Of a stretch of DNA of 64,000 nt, positions 28,901 to 36,734 are shown one piece after another; the stretch's first letter is position 1; each line of letters opens with the position of its first letter. This stretch comes from Candidatus Woesearchaeota archaeon. Its GTDB lineage: Archaea > Nanobdellota > Nanobdellia > SCGC-AAA011-G17 > JACPIM01. Under the pieces are notes generated by a model. It was not told the origin of the DNA. It made no database searches and saw only the letters and a program-made list of their open reading frames with translations. The position numbers were made by a program, and so were the translations under genes. The DNA lies in assembly GCA_016188045.1 (NCBI GenBank), contig JACPIM010000004.1:8493-72492 (forward strand), in the 5' to 3' direction.

Positions 28901-28934
28901 TAAAACCACCTATTTTATAAAAAATACCATTCAC
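25914..28934 (-). CDS. FlaI/TadA-family secretion ATPase (T2SS-E) interrupted by an intein
   Basis: Walker A VGGTGTGKTS, Asp box IVSIEDTRELNL, RPDYVVVGEIRGAEAY, then the intein, then GHPSMGTMHAE (His box). 562 aa remain after intein removal. Confidence 0.85.
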   Translation of the reverse strand: MNGIFYKIGGFMLFRKKEAKTNSFANTKALTEKTIPEQKAQTEFKINLKQQIFELPTVKDKTKLNIRYPLIAPFAYAHIFWDEKRHELIYQVEEPILNSDEQRVLAILEKGIEELINISFIAIKSSEVIIKYLEENVKVLLNEYRIKVNKNTLLKLMYYIYRDFVGLNEIEPIMRDYFIEDIECNGVNSSVYIVHRKYRNIRTNVLYNDVSKLTSLVEKLAQKCGKYISYASPLLDGALPDGSRANATYTQDITSKGPTFTIRKFTVDPWSPVKLMQFRTVSPEVLAYLWLLIEYESNVLIVGGTGTGKTSFLNSIAFFVPPQARIVSIEDTRELNLLHENWLPSVAREGVGITSLVGTKQGEVTLFDLLKESFRQRPDYVVVGEIRGAEAYVLFQGMSSIRGDEKIMVLNDEHPKRISIKDMKKDIKYKVITYDELGNVKIMPVKFMIRHSGQKVLYEIITKKGRKITISKNHSLFNYDNGIIPIEAEKIKKGDRVLIPSKIPCGYCDFDEIDIMEYLSDIRVFAPDHVKEASHKLGYYKASKICGVCSITDYYSNFKRSKPSSLRAEKFVRLMKEAGLKYNKDDLIFKYDNRSKGFMGNLKLTPELLRLCGYYVSEGSLDDGENNSKIEFYNLNKEILDDMRHCIRKVTGSDAKERITYGFGKSIELSVNHRVLFEFLKRHFGKKENKHIPDFVFGLSKEKISALLSGLYTGDGSLTKDVGYYTISKELANDVAQLLLVYGIVARIGKRKRKGRKKIDYEVLFFSKWEKDVFLENVKIIGKRIIMKKIGKPKSSNYVNDLYLDIVLKINKKILKKPEPVYDLCVPGTQNFIGGFGGVLLHNSGHPSMGTMHAEDLHTMIRRLESPPINLSPTLVNSLDVVCIMANIKQEGKETRKVKKIIEIVKIGDKAGEETINEPFIWDPKSDKFYFKSHGKSYLKMDSRAFDKITTHYGISREKLMDEFRKRTLLLMRMYKAGITGFKEVHNVITAYYKTPDMILKKFGIS
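26406..27737 (-). mobile_element. intein (444 aa) with LAGLIDADG homing-endonuclease domain, between QGMS and SGHP
   Basis: Starts S-IRGDEKIMV, ends VYDLCVP...VLLHN followed by S. LAGLIDADG-like blocks LCGYYVSEGSL and LLSGLYTGDGSL. Confidence 0.75.
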
Positions 28935-28970
28935 ACTTAATATATTTATGTTTTAACTTAGAAGTGAATT

Positions 28971-29549
28971 CTAAATTACTTTAATTTTAATATTCACGGG
29001 AAGTTGACCAACACCACCAGTATCTGATTCACCAATACCTTCATTTGATATTATTAGTCCAAACTTTCCAGTTAGTTTACTACTTTCTCCTTCTGAAATC
29101 AATCTAATATGTCTATCAGAATAATCTGAACTTATTTTAATAATAAAATAATCCACCAATAATTTATCGCTATGCTCAATAATATCTAAATTTTTTTCCC
29201 TTATAATTATTGCTTTTCCATCTGTAGGAAGATTGGTAGGAGAAATTTCCTGAATTTTTGCTTTTGTCTGCATTTGCCAGTAAATTTGATTTTTATCTCC
29301 TGTCAAAATAGTTAATTCTCCTTTTTTAATTATTACCGGGTTTAATGCCCTTCTGCTACCGGGACCATCAGAAACTACAGTATTAATTGCTTCATCAATA
29401 GAATGCATAACTTCTTTGCTCTGTACAAAAGTATTTCTATCTCTCATATCATTTATTAAAGGAACACCAGCAGTAACAATTAAAGTCAAAGTTATAACTC
29501 CTATCGCTATATAAATTACAGTTGCTATCCAAATATCACCTTTTTTCAT
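28971..29549 (-). CDS. membrane-anchored pilus accessory protein (FlaF/FlaG-like)
   Basis: Single N-terminal TM (IWIATVIYIAIGVITLTLIV) then a beta-rich soluble domain; sits between the pilins and the ATPase. Confidence 0.4.
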   Translation of the reverse strand: MKKGDIWIATVIYIAIGVITLTLIVTAGVPLINDMRDRNTFVQSKEVMHSIDEAINTVVSDGPGSRRALNPVIIKKGELTILTGDKNQIYWQMQTKAKIQEISPTNLPTDGKAIIIREKNLDIIEHSDKLLVDYFIIKISSDYSDRHIRLISEGESSKLTGKFGLIISNEGIGESDTGGVGQLPVNIKIKVI

Positions 29550-29624
29550 CTTGCCTCTTTTTATTAATTGAATGTTTTATATAACTTGAAAAAAGTTTAT
29601 ATACTTTCCTACCCTATATTCTTT

Positions 29625-29942
29625 ATGGAAAAATCACTACTTATAAAATTTTTAGGAGAAAATCCAATATTCAGAATTATAGATTCTTTAATTGAAAGTA
29701 AGGGCATAGATGTAACTAAAAAACAGATCATAGAATTATCAGGTATTTCAAAATCTGCTTTTTTTAAATATTGGAAACAAATTGAAGAACAAGAAATTGT
29801 ACAGATTACAAGAAAATTTGGAAAAACAAAACTTTTTATTTTAAATTCTAAAAACCCAATAGTTAAAAAATTACTTGAACTAGAAAGCACATTAATTGAA
29901 AAAACATTGAATAAACACAAATTAATTGAAATATCAGCTTAG
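29625..29942 (+). CDS. winged-HTH transcriptional regulator, divergent from the pilus operon
   Basis: ORF-track start 29568; internal Met at 29625 preferred. HTH-like IIELSGISKSAFFKYWKQIEE. Confidence 0.5.
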   Translation: MEKSLLIKFLGENPIFRIIDSLIESKGIDVTKKQIIELSGISKSAFFKYWKQIEEQEIVQITRKFGKTKLFILNSKNPIVKKLLELESTLIEKTLNKHKLIEISA

Positions 29943-30042
29943 ATTTTTAGATAAACACAATTATTCACAATTTTTTATTTCATACATCTAATCTTCCAAT
30001 TAAGAACAAATACTAAAATTATCTCAAAAATTAAAAAAAATA

Positions 30043-30618
30043 TTAAACAGTTGGTTCTGCAGTTACTTGACAATTTGGAACATTTACTAAATTGTAATCC
30101 TGGACATTTTGTGTACATAACACCGGATCTTTGTCATCAGTTCCAGCTATTTTAGCAATTGCATCTATTTTGATGGGATTATTAATTGCTAAGGTATTAA
30201 TTAATGCAGGAGTGCTAGTGCTAATAAAAGTCTTAACACCAAACGATCCTAATGGACTAGTAGAGAGATCTAGTTTATCTGCTTTAACATCTCCCTCGTC
30301 GCCAGGACTTGCTCTTAAAGTAAGCTCAATAATATCTAAATTACCATTATTTTCAACAGTTACGCTTTTAATATGTCCTTGATTGGCCCCATCACAAAGC
30401 ACTCTTGATATGCTAAATTTCAATTCTGTAACACATTTCAAAGTAACATCTGTAGTCTGAGTAGTTCTTTTAGTCATACTATCAACAAAACTGCCACCCC
30501 AAGTTATTATCACAGCAGCTAAAGCCACAGTAAAACCAATAAGCAATACAGTGGCAATTAAAGGAGTTATACCCTTTTCGTCAAAGTTTTTCTTTGAAAA
30601 AGGTTGTTTTGATATCAT
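30043..30618 (-). CDS. type IV pilin (class III signal peptide), unusually long leader
   Basis: MISKQPFSKKNFDEKG then ITPLIATVLLIGFTVALAAVII (archaeal prepilin N-domain). Confidence 0.7.
   Translation of the reverse strand: MISKQPFSKKNFDEKGITPLIATVLLIGFTVALAAVIITWGGSFVDSMTKRTTQTTDVTLKCVTELKFSISRVLCDGANQGHIKSVTVENNGNLDIIELTLRASPGDEGDVKADKLDLSTSPLGSFGVKTFISTSTPALINTLAINNPIKIDAIAKIAGTDDKDPVLCTQNVQDYNLVNVPNCQVTAEPTV
30578..30618 (+). repeat. 41-nt direct repeat, copy A (encodes the leader of the first pilin)
   Basis: tcaaaacaacctttttcaaagaaaaactttgacgaaaag on the gene strand; near-identical to 33158..33198. Confidence 0.85.
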
Positions 30619-30627
30619 AATTTCACC

Positions 30628-31122
30628 TCACACCCTAATAGTTTTACTAGCTCCAGAGCAAGGAACTAAAGGAGCACCTCTCCCTTCTGGCCTTAATGCA
30701 GGAATAATTTCAACTTCAGTAGTCTGTTTACATAATCTCCCGCCAACACCGGTAGTATCATTTTCCGTACATTCTTGATCACTTTTTACTAATGAATATG
30801 AACCGCCAGGCTCTATATTATCATATAGCTCAGATTTTCTAACATTCCCACCAAATACCTCTCTTATTATCAGATTAATTTTTATATTTCCTTTATTAAT
30901 AATATTAATCACGCTTCCAGCAGTAACATCAATTTGAACTGCATCACACTCCAATTGTTTTCTGCTCAATTCAGCATTTTTTTCAACAGCTTGTTTCTGC
31001 ACCTCTCTTGTCCATAAAAAAACAACAGTTATAACTATTAAAACAAAAAAAAGCAACAAAAGTGTAGCAATTAAAGGAGTTATACCTCTTTTTTTCATTT
31101 TAGCATTCTTCAATTGATTCAA
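30628..31122 (-). CDS. type IV pilin (class III signal peptide)
   Basis: MNQLKNAKMKKRG then ITPLIATLLLLFFVLIVITVVFL. Confidence 0.75.
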   Translation of the reverse strand: MNQLKNAKMKKRGITPLIATLLLLFFVLIVITVVFLWTREVQKQAVEKNAELSRKQLECDAVQIDVTAGSVINIINKGNIKINLIIREVFGGNVRKSELYDNIEPGGSYSLVKSDQECTENDTTGVGGRLCKQTTEVEIIPALRPEGRGAPLVPCSGASKTIRV

Positions 31123-31594
31123 TTATCTTTTCACCTTCAGGACAAATTGTATTCATATCACCAAAAGCTATAAACGGCGTTAATATTATTTCTTTATTAC
31201 TATCACAATTGTTGAGATTATTTAAACTTTGCTCTTCTCCAGGTTTTAAAGGATTATCCAAATCTATTTTACCGCTAATATCACTTCCATCATCCTTAGT
31301 GCATATATATCTTATTCCATTAATGCTAAAACTACCCCTGTTTACAGCCTTGATTTCTAAATTATTATTCCTAATGCACCCAAAACCACCGAGATGAACT
31401 TCAGCACATCTAGTTTCAATTTCAGATTCTTTTACAGTAGTTTCAACAACTCTTTTAGACTCACCTTTGGACCACATACCAACAACAATTGCCAAAGTGA
31501 TACTTAATCCTATAATCAAGACATAGGATATTAATTCGGCAGCCCCCCTTTTATTCATTATCAACACACCCACCTTCCAACTTACAAAGATCAT
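31100..31594 (-). CDS. type IV pilin (class III signal peptide)
   Basis: MNKRGA then AELISYVLIIGLSITLAIVVG. Confidence 0.7.
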   Translation of the reverse strand: MIFVSWKVGVLIMNKRGAAELISYVLIIGLSITLAIVVGMWSKGESKRVVETTVKESEIETRCAEVHLGGFGCIRNNNLEIKAVNRGSFSINGIRYICTKDDGSDISGKIDLDNPLKPGEEQSLNNLNNCDSNKEIILTPFIAFGDMNTICPEGEKIIESIEEC

Positions 31595-32348
31595 TCATCA
31601 AGCAATTTTCTTCATCTCTTAAATTACAGTCACAAATAGTTTTTGGGCTTAATGAAGGATCTACACAATATTGTCTTAATCCATCAACCCAATTTTCACC
31701 TTTTTCAAATTTATGATTAGTATACACTTTTCTCTCCTCTCCTTTTTTTTCCTCGCTTAAAATAACTATCTGTGGAACACCCTTAATAATACCACTAGTA
31801 TATTTTATATTACTAACAACATAAGTAACATTATAAACATTATCATCTGTCGTTAAATCCAAAGTTTCAGAACACTTCTCTAAAATATCACCTAGTATAC
31901 CCATAAAATCTTCTGAAAGGTCACCAAAAGTAGTACCTAAGTGTATTTCGCCTTTACAACCATCTATCTTTTTTTTATTATTTTCATCAACCCAGACTAA
32001 TATAGGCTGATCTAAATGATTTCCAATAATTACTCTTCTGTTATCCCTATGACTGTAATCAAAAAAATAGATAAATCCAAAGGCAGAATTTATGGTTTTG
32101 GAATATGAAGTAAATTTCCCGCTAAACTCATTAAAATTTTTTTGAACATCTAATTCACTATTTTTTAATAATTCCTGACTTAAAGAAGTAAGAAATTTAG
32201 CACTTTCCTTATCATAATTGTTGCTTATTTCAATAAAAAAATCACTAAAAACAGTGCCCTTTGCGGTATTTAAATTAATGGAAAGAAGATATATAACTAA
32301 ACTAAAGATAAGTGCAGCTAAGATATAGATCTGACCTCTTTTATTCAT
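31551..32348 (-). CDS. type IV pilin-like protein (class III signal peptide), Cys-rich C-terminus
   Basis: MNKRGQ then IYILAALIFSLVIYLL. Confidence 0.65.
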   Translation of the reverse strand: MNKRGQIYILAALIFSLVIYLLSINLNTAKGTVFSDFFIEISNNYDKESAKFLTSLSQELLKNSELDVQKNFNEFSGKFTSYSKTINSAFGFIYFFDYSHRDNRRVIIGNHLDQPILVWVDENNKKKIDGCKGEIHLGTTFGDLSEDFMGILGDILEKCSETLDLTTDDNVYNVTYVVSNIKYTSGIIKGVPQIVILSEEKKGEERKVYTNHKFEKGENWVDGLRQYCVDPSLSPKTICDCNLRDEENCLMNDLCKLEGGCVDNE

Positions 32349-32415
32349 GCATATTGATATTATCTCTTTAATATATATAGGTTTCTAATGAAATTTAAGG
32401 TTTAGTTTATAAGAG

Positions 32416-32886
32416 TTATCCAAAATACTCTTCTTTAGAATATTCTTTAACTTTGCTTTCCCATCCTTTTTTAACTTTGTTTATAATTTTAGATATATCT
32501 TTTTTAAGTTCAAACCACCTTTTTACAGCATCATTAATGAATTCGGCATCTTTTTTTTCATCAAAATTCAGGTCTAATAAGCTATTTCTTCTTTCTAGAT
32601 TCATAAGCTCTCTTAAAATAACAGCAACTTTCTTTTTTTCTTCTTCATCAAGAAAATTAGCTTCTTCTAAACTAATCGGACTGCCGGGATTTGGTTGTAA
32701 AAAACCCTGTAGATTATGTATAAACATAGACACCCTATCATTAATCCTTCTTCTAATAAATCTCAAGACATGTGATATCTCTACTAAACTAGTAAAATAA
32801 AGCAATTCAAATTCATTATCTAATTCTTTCCAACTAGGCAATTTGTACTTCTTAGACAAAACCGCATATTGATTCTTTATTTCCAT
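32416..32886 (-). CDS. hypothetical cytoplasmic protein
   Basis: ORF of 156 aa, K/E-rich; no family recognised. Confidence 0.45.
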   Translation of the reverse strand: MEIKNQYAVLSKKYKLPSWKELDNEFELLYFTSLVEISHVLRFIRRRINDRVSMFIHNLQGFLQPNPGSPISLEEANFLDEEEKKKVAVILRELMNLERRNSLLDLNFDEKKDAEFINDAVKRWFELKKDISKIINKVKKGWESKVKEYSKEEYFG

Positions 32887-32938
32887 TTTGATAATCCCCT
32901 TCGCGAGTTGATAAGGATGGAATCCTTATATTTATAAA

Positions 32939-33024
32939 ACTAATGAAAAGCCAGGGGTGAGACTTGAACTCACTATCTCCGCCTTTTTGTTTTAAATACC
33001 AAGGCGGTACATTGACCAGTTATG
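32939..33024 (-). tRNA. tRNA-Thr (anticodon GGU) with 12-nt canonical intron
   Basis: Hand fold: acceptor GCCGGGG, D-arm GCAT/ATGT, anticodon stem CCGCC/GGCGG with loop TTGGTA-[TTTAAAACAAAA]-A, T-arm GTGAG-TTCAAGT-CTCAC. Caveat: the 1:72 pair reads G:G. Confidence 0.5.
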
Positions 33025-33073
33025 CTACCCCGGCACAAAATCTGAAGAAATAATGCGATTAATAAAGATTATG

Positions 33074-33217
33074 AATGCGGGGAACAGGATTTGAACCTGC
33101 GCAGGCACTAAGCCACAGGATTTCTCAGCAAGACTTAAGTCCTGCCCGTGAAGTCCAACTTTTTCGTCAAAGTTTTTCTCTGAAAAAGGTTGTTTGACCA
33201 GACTCCGGCATCCCCGC
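33074..33217 (-). tRNA. tRNA-Leu (anticodon UAA), class II, with two introns (about 44 nt in D-arm, 12 nt at 37/38)
   Basis: Acceptor GCGGGGA/TCCCCGC plus A; T-arm GCAGG-TTCAAAT-CCTGT; variable arm TGGC-TTAGT-GCCTGC; anticodon stem CAGGA/TCCTG with loop CTTAAG-[TCTTGCTGAGAA]-A; D-stem CCG/CGG split by about 44 nt. Confidence 0.65.
33158..33198 (+). repeat. 41-nt direct repeat, copy B (inside the tRNA-Leu D-loop/intron)
   Basis: Matches copy A with two mismatches and one indel. Confidence 0.85.
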
Positions 33218-33312
33218 ATATAAATAAACAAACAAAAATCTACTTTATAAAATTTATCATAAAATTTATTAATCTCCAAAACTAATTATTTCAATAAAAA
33301 GAAGGTGATTTT

Positions 33313-34302
33313 ATGAATATTGCTATTAATGGCTTCGGTAGGATAGGTAGATTAATTCTAAAAGTAGCCTTAGAAAACAATCTAAACATTGTAGCCGTAA
33401 ATAGTACTTCTGATCCAAAGATTAAAGCATATTACTTAAAATATGATACTCTTTACGGAAAATATGATAGAGAAGTAAGTTATGGAAAAGATTACATAAA
33501 AATAAATAAAAGAAAGATAAAATCATTAGTGGAAAGAGACATTACAAAACTCCCCTGGAAAAAGCTTAAAATTGATTATGTTATAGAATCAACAGGTATC
33601 TTTACAGATGCAGAATCATCAAAAAAACACATAGAAGCAGGGGCAAAAAAAGTCTTTATCACAGCACCGGCAAAAAATCAAGATATTACTATAATCCCAG
33701 GAGTGAATAATGAACTACTAAGAAAAGAACATAAAATAATTTCTGTTGGTTCTTGCACAACAAATTGTCTGGCTCAGATGGTTAAAGTTATAGATGATAA
33801 ATTTGGAATAAGAAAAGGATTTGCAACAACAATCCATGCTTATACCTCAGATCAAAACCTAGTTGATGATTCACATCCAAAATTACGACGAGGAAGATCA
33901 GCAGCATTAAACATAGTCCCGACAAATTCAGGAGCAGCACAAGCAGTTATAGAAGCAATGCCAAAAATGAAAAACAAACTAGATACAATAGCTATACGTG
34001 TTCCAGTAGGCTGTGGTTCAATAACAGACTTAGTATGTGAACTTAAAAAGAAAGTCACTGTTACTCAAGTAAATAACTTATTTAAACTCGCTTCAAAAGG
34101 AAAAATGAAAAATATAATAGAGTATTCAGAAGAAGAACTTGTTTCTAGCGATATAATTGGAAATTCTCATTCAGTTATTATTGATGGATTAACAACTAGA
34201 ACCAATGGAAACATAATAAAGGTTCTTGGTTGGTATGATAACGAGTATGGTTACAGTTGCAGGGTTATTGATGCATTGAAATTAGCTAATAAACTTAAGT
34301 AA
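33313..34302 (+). CDS. gap: glyceraldehyde-3-phosphate dehydrogenase, class I (bacterial/eukaryal type)
   Basis: NGFGRIGR Rossmann motif, catalytic SCTTNCLA, C-terminal WYDNEYGYS (all class I hallmarks). Confidence 0.9.
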   Translation: MNIAINGFGRIGRLILKVALENNLNIVAVNSTSDPKIKAYYLKYDTLYGKYDREVSYGKDYIKINKRKIKSLVERDITKLPWKKLKIDYVIESTGIFTDAESSKKHIEAGAKKVFITAPAKNQDITIIPGVNNELLRKEHKIISVGSCTTNCLAQMVKVIDDKFGIRKGFATTIHAYTSDQNLVDDSHPKLRRGRSAALNIVPTNSGAAQAVIEAMPKMKNKLDTIAIRVPVGCGSITDLVCELKKKVTVTQVNNLFKLASKGKMKNIIEYSEEELVSSDIIGNSHSVIIDGLTTRTNGNIIKVLGWYDNEYGYSCRVIDALKLANKLK

Positions 34303-34306
34303 AACA

Positions 34307-35428
34307 ATGAAAACTATTGATGATTTTAATTTTAAAAATAAAAGAGTTCTCTTACGGGTTGATTTAAATTCCGAAGTTGTTAATAAAAAACCATTATTAA
34401 ATGAACGCATAATAGAACACTCAAAAACAATAAAAGAACTTAAAAGAAAAAAAGCAAAAATAGTTATCCTGGCTCATCAATCTCGTCCTAATTCTTCAGA
34501 TTTCACAAGTTTAAAGCAACATTCAAAATTATTAAACAAATATGTAAAAGTAAAATTCATTAATTCAATAATAGATAAAAAAGCAATAAAAAAAATTAAA
34601 TCACTAAAACCATCAGAAGCTTTACTATTGGAAAATATAAGATTTTTAAAAGAAGAATTTACTCCTTCAACGAATAATAAGTTAGTAAAGATCTTATCGC
34701 CTTTATTTGATATTTACGTAAATGATGCTTTCTCAGTTTCTCATAGAGCCCAAACATCTATCGTAAGTTTTCCTAAAATTTTGCCTCATTGTATTGGTAG
34801 AGTGATGGAAAAAGAAATCCACGCAATAAAAAAAATATCCTCTAAAAACACATTATACATCTTAGCAGGAGCAAAACCAGAAGAGAATATTTTACTAATG
34901 AATAAAAAAAATATAATAACCAGTGGTTTATTTGGTCAACTATGCTTGATAGCAAAAGGCTTTAATTTCGGAAAACAAAACAAATATCTAGAAGACAAAT
35001 TATCTATTATAAAAGAATTAAAAAAGAAAATAAAATTACAAAAGACACCTATAGATTTTGCAGTTGAAATTAATCATAAAAGAAAAGAACTAAGATTAAA
35101 GGATTTCCCATCAAATTACTTAATATATGATATAGGAAGGCAAACAATAAAACAATATGTTAATGAAATAAAAAAAGCAAAATCAATTTTTATGAAGGGA
35201 ACAGCAGGAGATTGCTCAAAAAAACAATTCTGTAAGGGCACATATGAAATATTAAAAGCAATTGAAAAATCTAAAGCTTTCTCATTAATTGGTGGAGGTA
35301 GTTTAAGTGAAGCTACTCGAGAGTTAAGGATAAATAAGAAAAACCTAGGCTACATTAGTTTAAGTGGCGGCGCTTTAATAGAGTATATATCAAGAAAAAA
35401 ACTTCCTGGATTAGAGGTGTTAAAATAA
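34307..35428 (+). CDS. pgk: phosphoglycerate kinase
   Basis: RVDLNSEV N-terminal motif; C-terminal IGGGSLSEA...SLSGGALIEY. Confidence 0.8.
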   Translation: MKTIDDFNFKNKRVLLRVDLNSEVVNKKPLLNERIIEHSKTIKELKRKKAKIVILAHQSRPNSSDFTSLKQHSKLLNKYVKVKFINSIIDKKAIKKIKSLKPSEALLLENIRFLKEEFTPSTNNKLVKILSPLFDIYVNDAFSVSHRAQTSIVSFPKILPHCIGRVMEKEIHAIKKISSKNTLYILAGAKPEENILLMNKKNIITSGLFGQLCLIAKGFNFGKQNKYLEDKLSIIKELKKKIKLQKTPIDFAVEINHKRKELRLKDFPSNYLIYDIGRQTIKQYVNEIKKAKSIFMKGTAGDCSKKQFCKGTYEILKAIEKSKAFSLIGGGSLSEATRELRINKKNLGYISLSGGALIEYISRKKLPGLEVLK

Positions 35429-36325
35429 ATGTTTGATATAGCAATCTTCGGTTCTAATGTAATTGACCTATTTGTAAATACAAATTTGCATGAAAAAGGA
35501 AAAAAGATGTATTATGAGATAGGTTCTAAATTGTTAATTAAAGACTTAAAAGAAGACCTTGGTGGTGGCGGAACTAATACCGCCGTTGCCTTTTCAAGAT
35601 TAGGATTAAAAACAGCATATATTGGAAAAACAGGAAAAGATTCTAACGGAGACAAAATTTTAAAGTTATTAAAAAAAGAAAAAGTTTCTTTCATAGGAAA
35701 AAGAGATGGAAAAACAGGTTTATCAATAATTTTAGATAGTAAAGAGCACGATAGAACAATTTTAACATATAAAGGAGTTAATAATGATTTAAAATTCAAT
35801 GAAATTCAAATTCCCCAAACAAAATGGCTTTATTACTCTTCTTTATTGGAGGAAAGTTTCAAGACACAATTAAAATTAGCCAAATTATTAACAAAAAAAG
35901 GAGCAAAATTAGCATTAAACCCTAGCAATTATCAAATAAAACAAAATCCAAAAAAACTGTATCCATTATTAAAATTAACAACAATTTTAATTTTAAACAA
36001 AGAAGAAGCACGATTATTAACTAAAAATAAAAATTTACTTAAAGGACTATATAAATTAGGACCAAAAATAGTTTGTATCACAAACAGAGATAAACCAACA
36101 ATTTGTTACGACGGAAAAAGATTCTATTCTATAAAGCCACATAAGAATATAAAAGTTGTCGAAAGAACCGGAGCAGGAGATGCATTTGCATCTGGTTTCG
36201 TAGCTGGTTTTATTAGAACAAGTAATATAAAAAAATCTTTAGAGATAGGGTTAAAAAACTCAGAATCTGTAATAAGATATTTTGGAGCAAAAAATAAATT
36301 ATTATATTGGAGGGAAGTTGCATGA
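35429..36325 (+). CDS. PfkB-family sugar kinase (ribokinase/phosphofructokinase-B-like)
   Basis: GGGGTNTAVAFSRLG N-terminal motif and GAGDAFASGFVAGF C-terminal PfkB signature. Confidence 0.8.
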   Translation: MFDIAIFGSNVIDLFVNTNLHEKGKKMYYEIGSKLLIKDLKEDLGGGGTNTAVAFSRLGLKTAYIGKTGKDSNGDKILKLLKKEKVSFIGKRDGKTGLSIILDSKEHDRTILTYKGVNNDLKFNEIQIPQTKWLYYSSLLEESFKTQLKLAKLLTKKGAKLALNPSNYQIKQNPKKLYPLLKLTTILILNKEEARLLTKNKNLLKGLYKLGPKIVCITNRDKPTICYDGKRFYSIKPHKNIKVVERTGAGDAFASGFVAGFIRTSNIKKSLEIGLKNSESVIRYFGAKNKLLYWREVA

Positions 36326-36543
36326 AATGGAAAAAATTTTTTAAACCAAGATGGTGGATTAGTATAAGTTTAATAGTTCTAACATTTATTGAACTAAGTC
36401 TTGCAAAGAATATTCTCAGTAAAGTAGGAAGCAGGCCAACAAACATTGAAGGAATTATTATTGTTGCCATATTTTTAGTTCCTTTAATCTGGCTATATCT
36501 GTTAATATCGTTAATTATGTATTTGATCAAAAGAAAAAAATGA
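36307..36543 (+). CDS. small membrane protein
   Basis: Two TM segments; overlaps the kinase stop. Confidence 0.3.
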   Translation: MEGSCMKWKKFFKPRWWISISLIVLTFIELSLAKNILSKVGSRPTNIEGIIIVAIFLVPLIWLYLLISLIMYLIKRKK

Positions 36544-36734
36544 AAATTAAAAGATTCGCGGCTAAGATGGATTTATTGGGGGTTTTAGCTTTTTTATATG
36601 TGATAATATACTCAATATTTGCTTTGTATAAAGAAACAAGCATGATAAGCTGGATTCTGTTGCTAGTTGGGATAGGAGGATTTCTAGTAGACTCATTTGT
36701 AGTTATAAACACAATGCTAGGAAAAAATAGATGA
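36540..36734 (+). CDS. small membrane protein
   Basis: Two TM segments; ATGA overlap coupling to both neighbours. Confidence 0.3.
   Translation: MKIKRFAAKMDLLGVLAFLYVIIYSIFALYKETSMISWILLLVGIGGFLVDSFVVINTMLGKNR

Noticed and set aside
33025-33279. ORF-track CDS (84 aa, minus) containing KQPFSEKNFDEK
   Set aside because: It lies entirely over the two tRNA genes and their introns. The peptide similarity to the pilin leader is a by-product of the 41-nt DNA repeat, not a protein-coding gene.
36213-36530. Minus-strand 105-aa ORF across the kinase end and small membrane ORFs
   Set aside because: Antisense to a co-directional, translationally coupled gene series.
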